A stretch of 64,000 nt of DNA from Candidatus Latescibacterota bacterium (lineage in GTDB: Bacteria; Latescibacterota; UBA2968; UBA8231). Positions 16,755 to 27,100 of this stretch are shown one piece after another (the first letter of the stretch is position 1; every line of letters starts with the position of its first letter). The translations under genes were made by a program, and so were the position numbers. Below the pieces are notes generated by a model. That model made no database searches, had not been told where the DNA came from, and saw only the letters and a program-made list of their open reading frames with translations. The stretch is from NCBI GenBank assembly GCA_965223905.1, contig CBDCXV010000001.1, positions 160,001 to 224,000 of the forward strand, read 5' to 3'.

Positions 16755-17636
16755 TCAACGCTCGAAAAAGAACCTCGCCGCCGTGCCGCCGAGAATCTGC
16801 TCTTTCTGGGGGGCAGTGAGGAATTCCGCCTCGGCGATCACGGCGATTGCAGCTGGATAATCCTGGAGAGGGTTTTCCATCCCGACCGGGCCGCCGCTGT
16901 CGCTTTCCCACATGCAGCGTTCGGCGCCGAAGGCTTCGACGACCGGCCGGACGAGCTCCCGTGTTTCGTGGAACGGCGCGCGGCGATCGCCGACGCCGTG
17001 CAGGGGCCCCAGTTTCACCATCACCCGCGGATGCCGGGCAAGTCCGCACAGGGCCTGCAGATCCCCCCGGTCGATTCCGCCGTCCCTGACACGAACGCCG
17101 CCGAAGTGATCGACGATGACGGGCGTTTCCGTAAAACGCGAACACATGCGGTCGAGCTCGGGCAAGTCCTGCGGTCCCATGAGAAAGCTGAGCGCCAGAT
17201 TGTCTTCGGCGCCGGCTGCAAACATCTGCTCGTACCCCTCCTGGTCGAGCCAGCGGTCCACCTGTCCCCACTGCGGCTGCGCCCCACCGCCGCGAATTCT
17301 GAAGGCGTAGACCCCGCACCTGGCCAAGTCCCTCATCGCTCGATCGGGCGGTGCCAGCGCCACGTCGCTGACGGCAGGGACGATCCCGGTACCGCCGAAC
17401 GTGTCCGGGTCGGACGCTATCAGATCGATGATGTAGCGGTGGTCGAGGCCGTACCAGGTCATCTGCACAAGGTTGATGCGCACCTTCCCCACCTGCCGGC
17501 TGTAGCGAAAATGGTCGTCGGGCGTAAACGACGGCTGCCACAGATCGGATTCTGCAAACCCTGGAGCCAGGGGATAGCGCTCGAAATCTCCGCTCCAGAC
17601 GTGTATGTGTGCGTCTACGATTCTTCCCATGTCCAT
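16755..17636 (-). CDS. Amidohydrolase_2 family protein (sugar lactonase-like)
   Basis: DAHIHVW, VIVDHFG, VMVKL and FGAERCMWESD motifs. Confidence 0.85.
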   Translation of the reverse strand: MDMGRIVDAHIHVWSGDFERYPLAPGFAESDLWQPSFTPDDHFRYSRQVGKVRINLVQMTWYGLDHRYIIDLIASDPDTFGGTGIVPAVSDVALAPPDRAMRDLARCGVYAFRIRGGGAQPQWGQVDRWLDQEGYEQMFAAGAEDNLALSFLMGPQDLPELDRMCSRFTETPVIVDHFGGVRVRDGGIDRGDLQALCGLARHPRVMVKLGPLHGVGDRRAPFHETRELVRPVVEAFGAERCMWESDSGGPVGMENPLQDYPAAIAVIAEAEFLTAPQKEQILGGTAARFFFER

Positions 17637-17954
17637 ATCTCGACCTTTCTGACCTTTCCAGCGTATTCGGCGCCGGCCTCCCGGCAGCCTCGCCCGGCGG
17701 CAACACGAGAGCTGCCCCCGGCGACCGCATTGTTCACGCGTTCAGGCCTGTCGCGCCACCCCGGACGCTGGTGACCCCAGGGTGCATGGTCGCTGCCTTC
17801 ACGCGCCTCCGCGGCGATCCGCCGATCCCAACGCCAACCTGGCCGGAAGGCATCATTTGTGGCTATGCGAGGAGAGTCGGATCGGGATCGGCCAATCTCC
17901 AGCCAAGTGACTCATTGGCCGGAACTCGAATATCCGCAACGGTATCTGATCCTC

Positions 17955-19697
17955 CTACAGACGTCTCCGGAGGCTGCGTGGAGCGCCCGCGGCCCCTTCC
18001 ACCAGCTCGATCGAGCGACCCGACTGCACCGCATAGAGCCGATCGATCACACCAGACGGCCAATCCACGCGCACACTGTCCACAACACTGCTGGTTCCCA
18101 GCCCGAAGTGGACACGCAGATCGTTCCCCCCGAGAAAGCTGGAGCCTGCGGCGACTTCGCGGACCTGCCTGCGGCCGCCGGTAAAGGCCGTTACCCTCGC
18201 GCCGACGGCACTCCGGTTGCTCTGCTGCCCGATCAGGTTCAGCAACAGCCAGTTCCCGGAAGACGCGTCGTTGCGCAGCAACGTTGGCCGGTCGTCCAGA
18301 TTCAGAACCAGCAGGTCGAAATCGCCGTCGTTGTCGTAGTCTCCCGCGCAGCTCCCACGGCTGACCCGGCGCAGCGCCAAAGCGTCCACACCACCCACTT
18401 CTCCGAAGGTGCCGTCCCCCCTGTTCTCGAACAGCTGATTCGGCTGCGAGTAGGTCTCCTCGCCCAGCTCGAGCCGGTCGATCTGGGGATAGGCATGACC
18501 GTTGGCCACGAACAGATCCAGGTCGCCGTCGTGGTCGTAGTCGATGAAATTGGTCCCCCATCCCACGTACGGCTGGCTCTTGCTTCCCAATCCAGCCTGC
18601 ATGGTGATGTCCAGGAAGTGACGGCCGGCTTGGTTGCGGTACAGGGCGTTGTAGTCGCTGGCAAAATGGGTCACGAACAGGTCGGGAAATCCATCCCCGT
18701 TGAAGTCGCCAAATGCCGCTCCCATCCCGGCCTGCCCCTTCCCCTGGTAGTTGTAGGCCACGCCTGCGGCAAGGGCCACCTCGCGAAAGGATCCATCGCC
18801 ACGGTTGTGGTAGAGCAGGTTAGGGGTCGAGTCATTGGCGATGAACAGGTCGGGCCAGCCGTCCAGATCGTAATCCCCGAACAGGGCGGCAAATCCGTAG
18901 TATTCGTTCTTGTCCTCCACTCCCGCATCCGCGGTCGCCTCGAGAAATCGGCCGTCCCCTTCGTTGCGGTAGAGACGGTCGGCCGCACCCCCCAGGCTGC
19001 GCGGACCGCAAAAGACATCCACCGACTTCCACTGGCAGAATGGACGATTCTCCCGCTCCAGGTGTGGGTCGAAATTGACGTAGTTGACCACGTAGAGGTC
19101 CAGGTCCCCGTCCAGATCGTAGTCGCCGAATGCCGCTCCCGTGCTCCACCTTGAGTCACCGACGCCGGCAAAGCCGGAAATCTCCGAAAAGTGGCCGTCG
19201 CCTTCGTTGCGGTAAAACCGATTGGTCCCATAGTTGGTGACGTACAGGTCCGTATCCGAGTCGTTGTCGTAATCGGCGGCGACGCAACCCATCCCCCATC
19301 CGGTATCCCCGACTCCCGCCGCCTCGGTAACGTCGCCGAAGGTGCCATCCGTCTCGTTGCGGTAGAGCGCATTGTGCCTGGGAATCCCGCTGGCATGAGC
19401 TTCGAGCTTCGATCCATTGACGAAATAGATGTCGACATAGCCGTCGCCGTCGTAGTCGAAAAAGGCGCCCCCGCCACCCTTGGCTTCGACGATATGCCAT
19501 TTTTCCGGACCACCCGATCCATGCACCCAATCCAGTCCTGCCTCTGCGGTCACGTCGACGATCTGTGGCCTCGTCGCAGGCGCGGATCTCACGTTTTCAT
19601 GTCGAGTAAGGCTCGGATCCTCCGGCGACGGGGAACTGCAGGCGCTCAGGCAGCACGCGCCTATCCATGCAGGGAGCAGATGGAAAACGCGATTCAT
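17955..19697 (-). CDS. CRTAC1-family lipoprotein (FG-GAP/VCBS repeats plus ASPIC-UnbV)
   Basis: Repeated DYDxDGDxDLY(V/F) motifs, NRSAVGARV and VHFGLG. Lipobox LSAC. Confidence 0.9.
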   Translation of the reverse strand: MNRVFHLLPAWIGACCLSACSSPSPEDPSLTRHENVRSAPATRPQIVDVTAEAGLDWVHGSGGPEKWHIVEAKGGGGAFFDYDGDGYVDIYFVNGSKLEAHASGIPRHNALYRNETDGTFGDVTEAAGVGDTGWGMGCVAADYDNDSDTDLYVTNYGTNRFYRNEGDGHFSEISGFAGVGDSRWSTGAAFGDYDLDGDLDLYVVNYVNFDPHLERENRPFCQWKSVDVFCGPRSLGGAADRLYRNEGDGRFLEATADAGVEDKNEYYGFAALFGDYDLDGWPDLFIANDSTPNLLYHNRGDGSFREVALAAGVAYNYQGKGQAGMGAAFGDFNGDGFPDLFVTHFASDYNALYRNQAGRHFLDITMQAGLGSKSQPYVGWGTNFIDYDHDGDLDLFVANGHAYPQIDRLELGEETYSQPNQLFENRGDGTFGEVGGVDALALRRVSRGSCAGDYDNDGDFDLLVLNLDDRPTLLRNDASSGNWLLLNLIGQQSNRSAVGARVTAFTGGRRQVREVAAGSSFLGGNDLRVHFGLGTSSVVDSVRVDWPSGVIDRLYAVQSGRSIELVEGAAGAPRSLRRRL

Positions 19698-21424
19698 TCA
19701 AGCACTCCCTCAGACCCCGCCCACTGTTCCACGCCCCTTCCCTCGACAACGGTGAGAAACTGATTGGCGTCGACGCCCTGGAATCTTTCCATGGCGCCGC
19801 CCGGCCACCTGACCTCGACGACATCGGCCCTCGTTCGGTGGCCGAGTCCGAAGCTCACCCGCGTGTCACTCTGCGACAGGTAGCTGTAGCTGCCCTTGAC
19901 CTCCTTCGTCTGGGCCAGATCGCCTGCCTTGACGAGGATACGAGCCCCGATGCTGTGCCGCTTGCTCAAAGCTCCGACGGCACTGATGGACAACCAGTTG
20001 CCGGCATTGCCTCCGTCGTTGCGCAACAAAGCTGCCCGCCCGCCCGAGTTGCCCACGAGGATGTCGACATCGCCGTCGTTGTCATAGTCGCCGAATGCAC
20101 ATCCCCTTCCGACGTTTACCAGCCTGAGACCGGCGCCGGCCACGTCCGATACGTCCTCGAACCTGTATCGCCCGCTCTCGTCCGGACCGCTGTTGCGTAA
20201 CAGCAGATCCTGTTGCGCGTAGGATGTGTACGGGTCGACTACGTCCGCGTGGTCCTGAACGTGGCCGTTGGCGACGAACAAGTCCTGGAAACCATCGTTG
20301 TCGTAGTCGACAAAACCGATGCCGAATCCCAGGGGGCGCAGACTCGCCAGCCCGGCGCCGGACGTGTAGGAAGCGTTGGAAAACCGGAGTCTCTGTTTGT
20401 ACTCGTACAAGCTGTTGGGCTCATTCTGAAAGTTCGCAACGACGATGTCCATGTCCCCGTCGTTGTCGTAGTCTCCCGCATCCACTCCCATGCCGGCCTC
20501 TTTCTGGCCGTCGAGGCCGTAGGCCACACCCGCCATTGCACCGATCTCCCGGAACGAACCGTCTCCGGTGCCGTGGTAGAGGAAGTTCCTCGACGCGTCG
20601 TTGGCCACATAGAGATCGACCAGGCCATCCCCGTCAAAATCCGTTGCAACGACTCCCAGTCCCCGACCTTCCGTCTCGACGGTGTCCACCAGCCCGGCGC
20701 CATTCGTCACGTCGAAGAACATGCCGTCTCCTTCGTTGCGGTATAGGATATCGGCCGCCCCACTGAAATTGCGGGGGTGGGGATAGGATTTGAGATTCCG
20801 CACCGAAATGGATCCAGCCAAGTAAGGCTCCAGCTCCAGAGCTGCGAACGACAGATCGTACTTCACGTAGTTGGCGACGTACAGGTCCAGGTCCCCGTCG
20901 TTGTCGAAGTCGAGGAATGCCGCGCTGGTGCTCCAGCTGGTGTCCCCGACAGCCGCCCGCCGGGTGGCATCGAGGAAGCGACCGTTACCCTGGTTTCTAT
21001 AGATCGCGTTGGCGCCGTAGTTGGTCACCAGGAGGTCGAGGTGGCCATCGTTGTCGTAGTCGGCGGCGGCACAGCCCATCCCGTAGCCAAGGTCATTCGC
21101 TCCCGCTGCCTCGCTGATCTGTTTGAATATCCCACTTCCCCTGTTGCGGTAGAGCGCGTTGCCCGTTTCGGAGGTCGCTCGATACCCGGGCAGGGGTGCG
21201 CCGTTGACCAGGTAGACATCGAGATGGTCATCCCCGTCGTAGTCCAGGAAGGCGACCCCTCCTCCCATGGTCTCGGGGAAGTACTTCTGCCCACTGGCGC
21301 CGTTCACGTGCTGGAAGTCGATGCCGGCCTCGGCGGATACCTCGACAAACCGGACTCCGAGAACGGGATCGGCCAGCACCAACAGAAACATGTAGACACC
21401 CCAACGAAAAAACCGATTCGTCAT
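19694..21424 (-). CDS. CRTAC1-family protein (FG-GAP repeats plus ASPIC-UnbV)
   Basis: ETMGGGVAFLDYDGD, repeated DYDNDG, SYLSQSD and SFGLG. Confidence 0.9.
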   Translation of the reverse strand: MTNRFFRWGVYMFLLVLADPVLGVRFVEVSAEAGIDFQHVNGASGQKYFPETMGGGVAFLDYDGDDHLDVYLVNGAPLPGYRATSETGNALYRNRGSGIFKQISEAAGANDLGYGMGCAAADYDNDGHLDLLVTNYGANAIYRNQGNGRFLDATRRAAVGDTSWSTSAAFLDFDNDGDLDLYVANYVKYDLSFAALELEPYLAGSISVRNLKSYPHPRNFSGAADILYRNEGDGMFFDVTNGAGLVDTVETEGRGLGVVATDFDGDGLVDLYVANDASRNFLYHGTGDGSFREIGAMAGVAYGLDGQKEAGMGVDAGDYDNDGDMDIVVANFQNEPNSLYEYKQRLRFSNASYTSGAGLASLRPLGFGIGFVDYDNDGFQDLFVANGHVQDHADVVDPYTSYAQQDLLLRNSGPDESGRYRFEDVSDVAGAGLRLVNVGRGCAFGDYDNDGDVDILVGNSGGRAALLRNDGGNAGNWLSISAVGALSKRHSIGARILVKAGDLAQTKEVKGSYSYLSQSDTRVSFGLGHRTRADVVEVRWPGGAMERFQGVDANQFLTVVEGRGVEQWAGSEGVLE

Positions 21425-21508
21425 ATTCGATCGAGGAATTTCACCTTCTCGCAAGCACTCGAGTTGGGCCGCGCGCGTATCTCGACTCGAGGCCGGGATG
21501 GCAGAGCC

Positions 21509-22705
21509 CTACCTGCCTTCCGCCGACACTCTCCTGGCCATTTGCCGGGCTCGCCGCTCTTTTTGGTGATCCCCGCTTTGTCGGTACGCGGTGGCCAGCT
21601 GATCGTACAGTCCCGCCTGGCCGGAATCGATTTCGGCCGCCTTTTCCAGCATTCGGACGGCCCGTTCGTACCTCTTCAAAAGCAGGTAGGCCTTGCCGAG
21701 CCCGAAATAGGCTGCACCCAGAGAGCTGTCGAGTTCGATAGCCTTGAGGTAGTGCGTTTCGGCGGGCCCCGGTTCCCCTTCGCGGAAGAAGGCAGAGGCC
21801 AAGCGAAGATGTGTATTGGCGTTTCCTGGATCGGCTTCGACTTCGGCAAGGAGCACGGAGGCATCCTCCGCGAGGCTCGTCAGCACCCGGAATCGCTGCA
21901 AGGCATTTTCTGCTGCTTCTTCCCGCCCGAGCGCCAGGTAGAGCTGGCCGAGGTTGGAATAGGCCATGGCCAGATTGGTGTCCAGCATGGCGGCCTTCTC
22001 CAGCAATTCCAGAGCCTCGGCAAGGCGTGTGTCGGCCCGGTAAAAAACCGCAAGCTCACACATGGCCTCGGCGTGCTCCGGGCGCAGTTCCAGCAGTTTG
22101 CGGTAAGCCTCTTCGGCCTCCGAGGAGCGGCCCTGGAACTTGAAGAGGCCCCCGAGCCGTTCATAGGCAGGGGCCAGTGCCGGATCCAGACTCAGCGAGC
22201 GGCGGTAGGCGACCTCGGCGGAATCCAGATCCCCTCCATGGGTGTAGAGGTTTCCAAGGGTATAGAAATAGGCCTTGCTGTCTGGGTCCAACCGAACGGC
22301 CCTTTGCGCCTCGGCCACGGCGGAATCCAGTAAAGGACCGCGATGAGTCTCCAGGAACTGGTCCAGAAGCAGCTCCGCGCGGGCAAAAGGCACCTCCGCA
22401 CGCGATCTGTCCAGGGATGCCGCCCGCTGCAGCGCTTCCCCGGCCTGCACTCTGTCCCCCATGCCCAGGTGGGAACGGCTCAATCCCGAATATGCCCGGA
22501 CAGAATCTTCTCCTCCTTCGAGGGCCGCCTGGAAAGCTTGCAGAGCCCGCTCGTGGCGTCGATTGCCAAGATGCGTTTCCCCCAGGCGATTCTGCAGGTC
22601 GAGGCCATCCGGCCTGGATTCGGGCAGAAAGATCCCATCCTGCCCCGGCTCCGAGCACCCCCACCAGAGGGAAAGGATGGAACAGATCCTTATCGCCCGA
22701 AGCAT
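21509..22705 (-). CDS. TPR-repeat lipoprotein
   Basis: Signal ending WWGC and multiple TPRs (AYSNLGQLY, AYFGLGKAY). Confidence 0.8.
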   Translation of the reverse strand: MLRAIRICSILSLWWGCSEPGQDGIFLPESRPDGLDLQNRLGETHLGNRRHERALQAFQAALEGGEDSVRAYSGLSRSHLGMGDRVQAGEALQRAASLDRSRAEVPFARAELLLDQFLETHRGPLLDSAVAEAQRAVRLDPDSKAYFYTLGNLYTHGGDLDSAEVAYRRSLSLDPALAPAYERLGGLFKFQGRSSEAEEAYRKLLELRPEHAEAMCELAVFYRADTRLAEALELLEKAAMLDTNLAMAYSNLGQLYLALGREEAAENALQRFRVLTSLAEDASVLLAEVEADPGNANTHLRLASAFFREGEPGPAETHYLKAIELDSSLGAAYFGLGKAYLLLKRYERAVRMLEKAAEIDSGQAGLYDQLATAYRQSGDHQKERRARQMARRVSAEGR

Positions 22706-22791
22706 CGCGAATCTCGCCGGACTCGGTGAAGTGACTCGGATAGATGGACGCACACATACCGCCCTGTTCTTCCTCCGTGCAAAAGGCATTG

Positions 22792-24045
22792 TCATTGCCC
22801 CCGGCCCATGCCGGCCAAGCCGCTGTCCGGATCAGCTGCCAGGGCGCGGAAGTCCGCGCCGGCAGGTTGCTGGAACACCCGCAGGTCGAACTCGGGCACC
22901 ACCGCGAGCAGGTGGTCGAAGATGTCGGCCTGGATCGTCTCGTAGTTCGCCCACACGGTGTCGTTGGTAAATACGTAGATCTCGATCGGCAGGCCGGCGT
23001 CGCCCGGTTGCAGCTGGCGCACGAGAAAAGTGAGGTCCTGGCGGATCCTGGGGTGGCGGCGCAGGTAGGCGATCACGTACGCCCTGAAAGTCCCGACGTT
23101 GGTCAGTCTCCTGCCGTTGATCAGTTGGCTCGTGTCGACCTCGGTGGAGGCGTTGTAGTCGGCGACTTCCCGCCGCCTCTCGCGCACGTATTCCCGAATC
23201 AGCTCGAACTTCTCGAACCGCTCCAGCATCTCGTCGCTGCATATCCGGATCGTCTGCATGTCGATGAACAGCGAGCGCTTGATGCGCCGGCCGCCGCTCT
23301 CCTTCATGCCGCGCCAGTTCTTGAAGGAGGCGTCGATCAGCTTGGGAGTCGGGATGGTGGTAATCGTCTTGTCCCAGTTCTGGACCTGGATCGTGTGCAG
23401 GGAGATGTCGATGACGTCGCCGTCCGCTCCGAAAGCCGGCGCCTCGATCCAGTCCCCCTCGTCGACGAGGTTCTGCGAGCGGATCTGAATGCTGGCGACC
23501 AGGGACAGGATGGTGTCGCGGAAAATCAGCAGCACGACCGCGGTCATGGCGCCGATGCCGCCCAGCAGGCCCAGGGGCGAGCGCCCCAGCATCAGCGCCG
23601 CCACCACCAGCGAGCCCACCACGTACAGGGCGATTCTGGTGATCTGCACGTAGCTCCTGATCGGGACCTTCTCCGCCACGGGGAGCCGCCCGTAGAACCC
23701 GTCGAATGCGCTCAGCATCGAACCGCCGATGAGCAGCCCCAACACGCCTACGACTGCCACCAGGATTTGCCGGATCAGCTCGGGCGGACCGGGAAGGACT
23801 TCGGCGCCGTGGAACAGGACGGCGGCCGGCACCAGCATGGCAGAGCGTCTGAGAACACCGGTATCGAGCAGAAGGTCGTCGAGGTCGGTGCGGCTGCGCC
23901 GGATCAGTCGCTCCAGGACGCGGAGAAAGACGTTGCGGGCAAGGAAGTAGCTGAGCCAGACCAGCCCCAGCAGAAGCGCGGTCTGTCCGAATTCATGGGC
24001 TACCCGGCGGGCCAGTTGTGCGGACATCTCGACTATTCCGTCCAT
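22792..24045 (-). CDS. MscS-family mechanosensitive channel (YbdG-like)
   Basis: GDWIE...GADGDVIDI, VQNWDKT, FKNWRGM...GGRRIKRS, TNVGTFRAY and QADIFDH motifs. Confidence 0.92.
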   Translation of the reverse strand: MDGIVEMSAQLARRVAHEFGQTALLLGLVWLSYFLARNVFLRVLERLIRRSRTDLDDLLLDTGVLRRSAMLVPAAVLFHGAEVLPGPPELIRQILVAVVGVLGLLIGGSMLSAFDGFYGRLPVAEKVPIRSYVQITRIALYVVGSLVVAALMLGRSPLGLLGGIGAMTAVVLLIFRDTILSLVASIQIRSQNLVDEGDWIEAPAFGADGDVIDISLHTIQVQNWDKTITTIPTPKLIDASFKNWRGMKESGGRRIKRSLFIDMQTIRICSDEMLERFEKFELIREYVRERRREVADYNASTEVDTSQLINGRRLTNVGTFRAYVIAYLRRHPRIRQDLTFLVRQLQPGDAGLPIEIYVFTNDTVWANYETIQADIFDHLLAVVPEFDLRVFQQPAGADFRALAADPDSGLAGMGRGQ

Positions 24046-24179
24046 GGGTTCAAATGTATCAACACCGGAAGGGTTGCGCCCGGGTTCCGGGTGGATGTGC
24101 CCGCCCTCTTCTTCTCACCTCCCGTACTGCAGGCGTTATGTTTGAAACATGCCCGTACTGCTGTTTGCGAATCTGAACC

Positions 24180-27100
24180 ATGCCGATGCCTGACGACGCC
24201 GACCCGGTTGCCGACCTCGAGGCGGCCCTGGATGACTGCCTGCTCGGCGACCGCGTGCACATCGGCCGCCGCCTGAAGGACCTGCGCAGCGCTCCGTCCG
24301 GGGGGTCTCACGGAAGCCAGTCCCGCGAGCTCGACCGGCTGCGCGAGCGCGTCGAGGCCTCGAGGCGGCTGCGCTCCGAGCGCCTCCGCCTCATCCCCGC
24401 GGTTTCCTACCCGGAAGAGCTGCCGATCACCGCGCGCAAGGAGGAGATTCTCCGGGCGATCGCGGGGCACCAGGTCGTCGTCGTAGCCGGGGAGACCGGG
24501 TCGGGGAAAACCACCCAGCTTCCCAAGATCTGCCTCGAAGCGGGGCGCGGCCGCGACGCGCGCATCGTCTGCACACAGCCGCGCCGGGTGGCGGCGCTGT
24601 CGCTGTCGAGGCGCCTGGCCGAAGAGCTCGGTGTCACCTGGGGCCGCGAGGTGGGTTGCAAGATCCGCTTCCGGGACCGGACCGAGTCCGAGACCCTGAT
24701 CAAGCTGGTCACCGACGGCATGCTGCTGAGCGAAATCCGCGGCGACCCCGACCTTCTCGAGTACGACACCGTCATCCTCGACGAGGCCCACGAACGCAGC
24801 CTCAACATCGATTTCCTGCTGGGGTACCTGCGCCTGCTTCTGAAAAGGCGGCCCGGCCTCAAGCTCGTCATCACCTCGGCGACCATCGACGTCGAGAAGT
24901 TCTCGCGAGCCTTCGGCGGCGCCCCTGTCGTCGAGGTCTCGGGGCGGATGTACCCTGTCGAGGTCCGGTACCGGCCGCTCGAAGAGATTCTCGGAGAAGG
25001 AGAGGAGCTCTCCTACACCGACGCCGCGGTGGCCGAGGTGCAACAACTGCTGGACGAGTCCCCCTCGGGGGACGTCCTCGTCTTCATGCCGGGGGAGCGG
25101 GACATACGCGAAACCAGCGACCTCCTGCACCACCGGCTGGCAAAACGGAACGTCGAGATCCTGCCGCTGTTCAGCCGTCTGACCGCTGCCGAGCAGCAGC
25201 GGGTGTTCGACCGCCGGGGACGCCGCCGGGTCGTCGTCGCCACCAACATCGCCGAAACATCGCTGACGATTCCCGGCATCCGCTACGTCGTCGACCCGGG
25301 ACTGGCACGGATCAACCGCTACAACCCGCGCACGCATACGCAACGGCTGCCGATCGAGGCGATTTCCCGCAGCAGCGCCGAGCAGCGCAAGGGCCGATGC
25401 GGCCGCGTCGCCGAAGGGGTGTGCGTGCGCCTCTACAGCGAGGAGGAGTTCCTGGCGAGGCCGGAGTACACGGCCCCCGAGATTCAGCGCTCGGACCTGG
25501 CCGACATAATCCTGCGCATGCTCGACCTTCAGCTCGGCAAGGTAGAGGAGTTCCCTTTCGTCGACCCGCCGTCGCCGCGGGCGATCAACAGCGGCTACGT
25601 GCAGCTGCAGGAGCTGGGCGCTCTCGATTCCGGTCGCCGGCTGACCCGCCTCGGCCGCGACATGGCGCGCCTGCCGATCGCCCCGACGGTGTCCCGCATG
25701 ATCCTGCAGGCCCAGGCCGAAGGTGCGCTGTCGGAGCTGCTCGTCATCGCCGCGGCCATCGGCATCCAGGATCCGCGCGAGCGGCCGCTCGCGCACCGCG
25801 ACGAAGCGGACCGCACGCACCGGCAGTTCGTCGACAGGCACTCCGACTTCCTGACCTTGCTCAACATCTGGAACCGCTATCACGAGCGCTTCGAGCAGCT
25901 CGAAACCCAGAGCCAGATGCGCAAGTTCTGCCGCAGCCACTTCCTCTCCTTCACACGCATGCGCGAGTGGCGGGACATTCACGCCCAGCTGACCGAGGTC
26001 CTGTCCGAACTCGGGGGGTTCCGCCTGCAGCCCGGCAGGCGCCCTGCCGGGTACGAGGCGATCCACAGGTCGATTGTGACCGGCCTGTTGAGCAGCATCG
26101 CCCGGAAGAAGGAGCACAACCTCTACCGGGCGGCGCGCAGCAGGGATGTGATGCTCTTTCCCGGGTCGGGCCTTTTCGTGCGGCGGGAGGCCGCCGCTGG
26201 AAAGGACGAAAGGGAAGTGCAGGCTGAAGGCGCCCCGCCTGAGTGGATCGTGGCGGCCGAGATTGTGGAGACCTCCCGCCTGTTCGCCCGCACCGCCGCA
26301 CGCATCCGGGAAGGTTGGCTGCCCGACCTCGGCGGCCACCTGTGCCGCAGTTCATACGGAGATCCGTACTGGAGCCGCAGCGCCGGGCGCGTCCTCGTGC
26401 AGGAGACGGTGCACCTCCACGGGCTGCAGATCGCCAGGCGCCGCGTTCCCGGCCAGCAGGTGAAGCCGCGCGAGGCCGCGGAGGTCTTCATCCGCGATGC
26501 GCTGGTCGCCGGAGATGTCGACACCCCTCGCGAGTTTCTGGCGCGCAACCGCCAACTGGCCGACCGCATAGAGACCTGGCAAACGCGTACGCGTCGCACC
26601 GCCATCGACGTCGACGAGGCGGTTCGCCGGTTTTATGCCTCGCGTCTCGAGGAGGATTTCTCCTCTGTGCACGATCTCAATCGCATCGTCAACGCGCGCC
26701 CGGACGGCGACCGCTTCCTGCACATGGAAGAGGCGGACCTGCTCGGTGCGGGCGAGGCATCCTTCGACCGCGACGCCTTTCCCGACCGAATCGAGCTCGA
26801 CGGCGAGGCAGTCGAGCTGGCGTACGCATACGAACCGGGCCGGGAAGAGGACGGCATCACGGTCCGTCTCCCGTACCGGTTGATGGACGCCATCAACCCG
26901 GAGTTGCTCGACTGGCTGGTCCCCGGCGTTCGCGAAGAGCGAATCACCTGCCTGCTGCGCTCCCTTCCCAAGCAGAAGCGCAAGCAGTTGCTGCCGATTC
27001 CGCAAACCGCCAGGAGGATCGCCGCGGAGCTCGAGCCGACCCATCCCTCCTTCCTCGAGTCGCTCAAGGAGCACCTGGCGGACCGCTACCGGTTGCAGGT

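Noticed and set aside
24033-26339. Long antisense ORFs (768 aa here, also 9446-11041, 20777-22333 and 53757-55247)
   Set aside because: They lie opposite well-supported genes and are typical high-GC shadow frames with no recognisable motifs.
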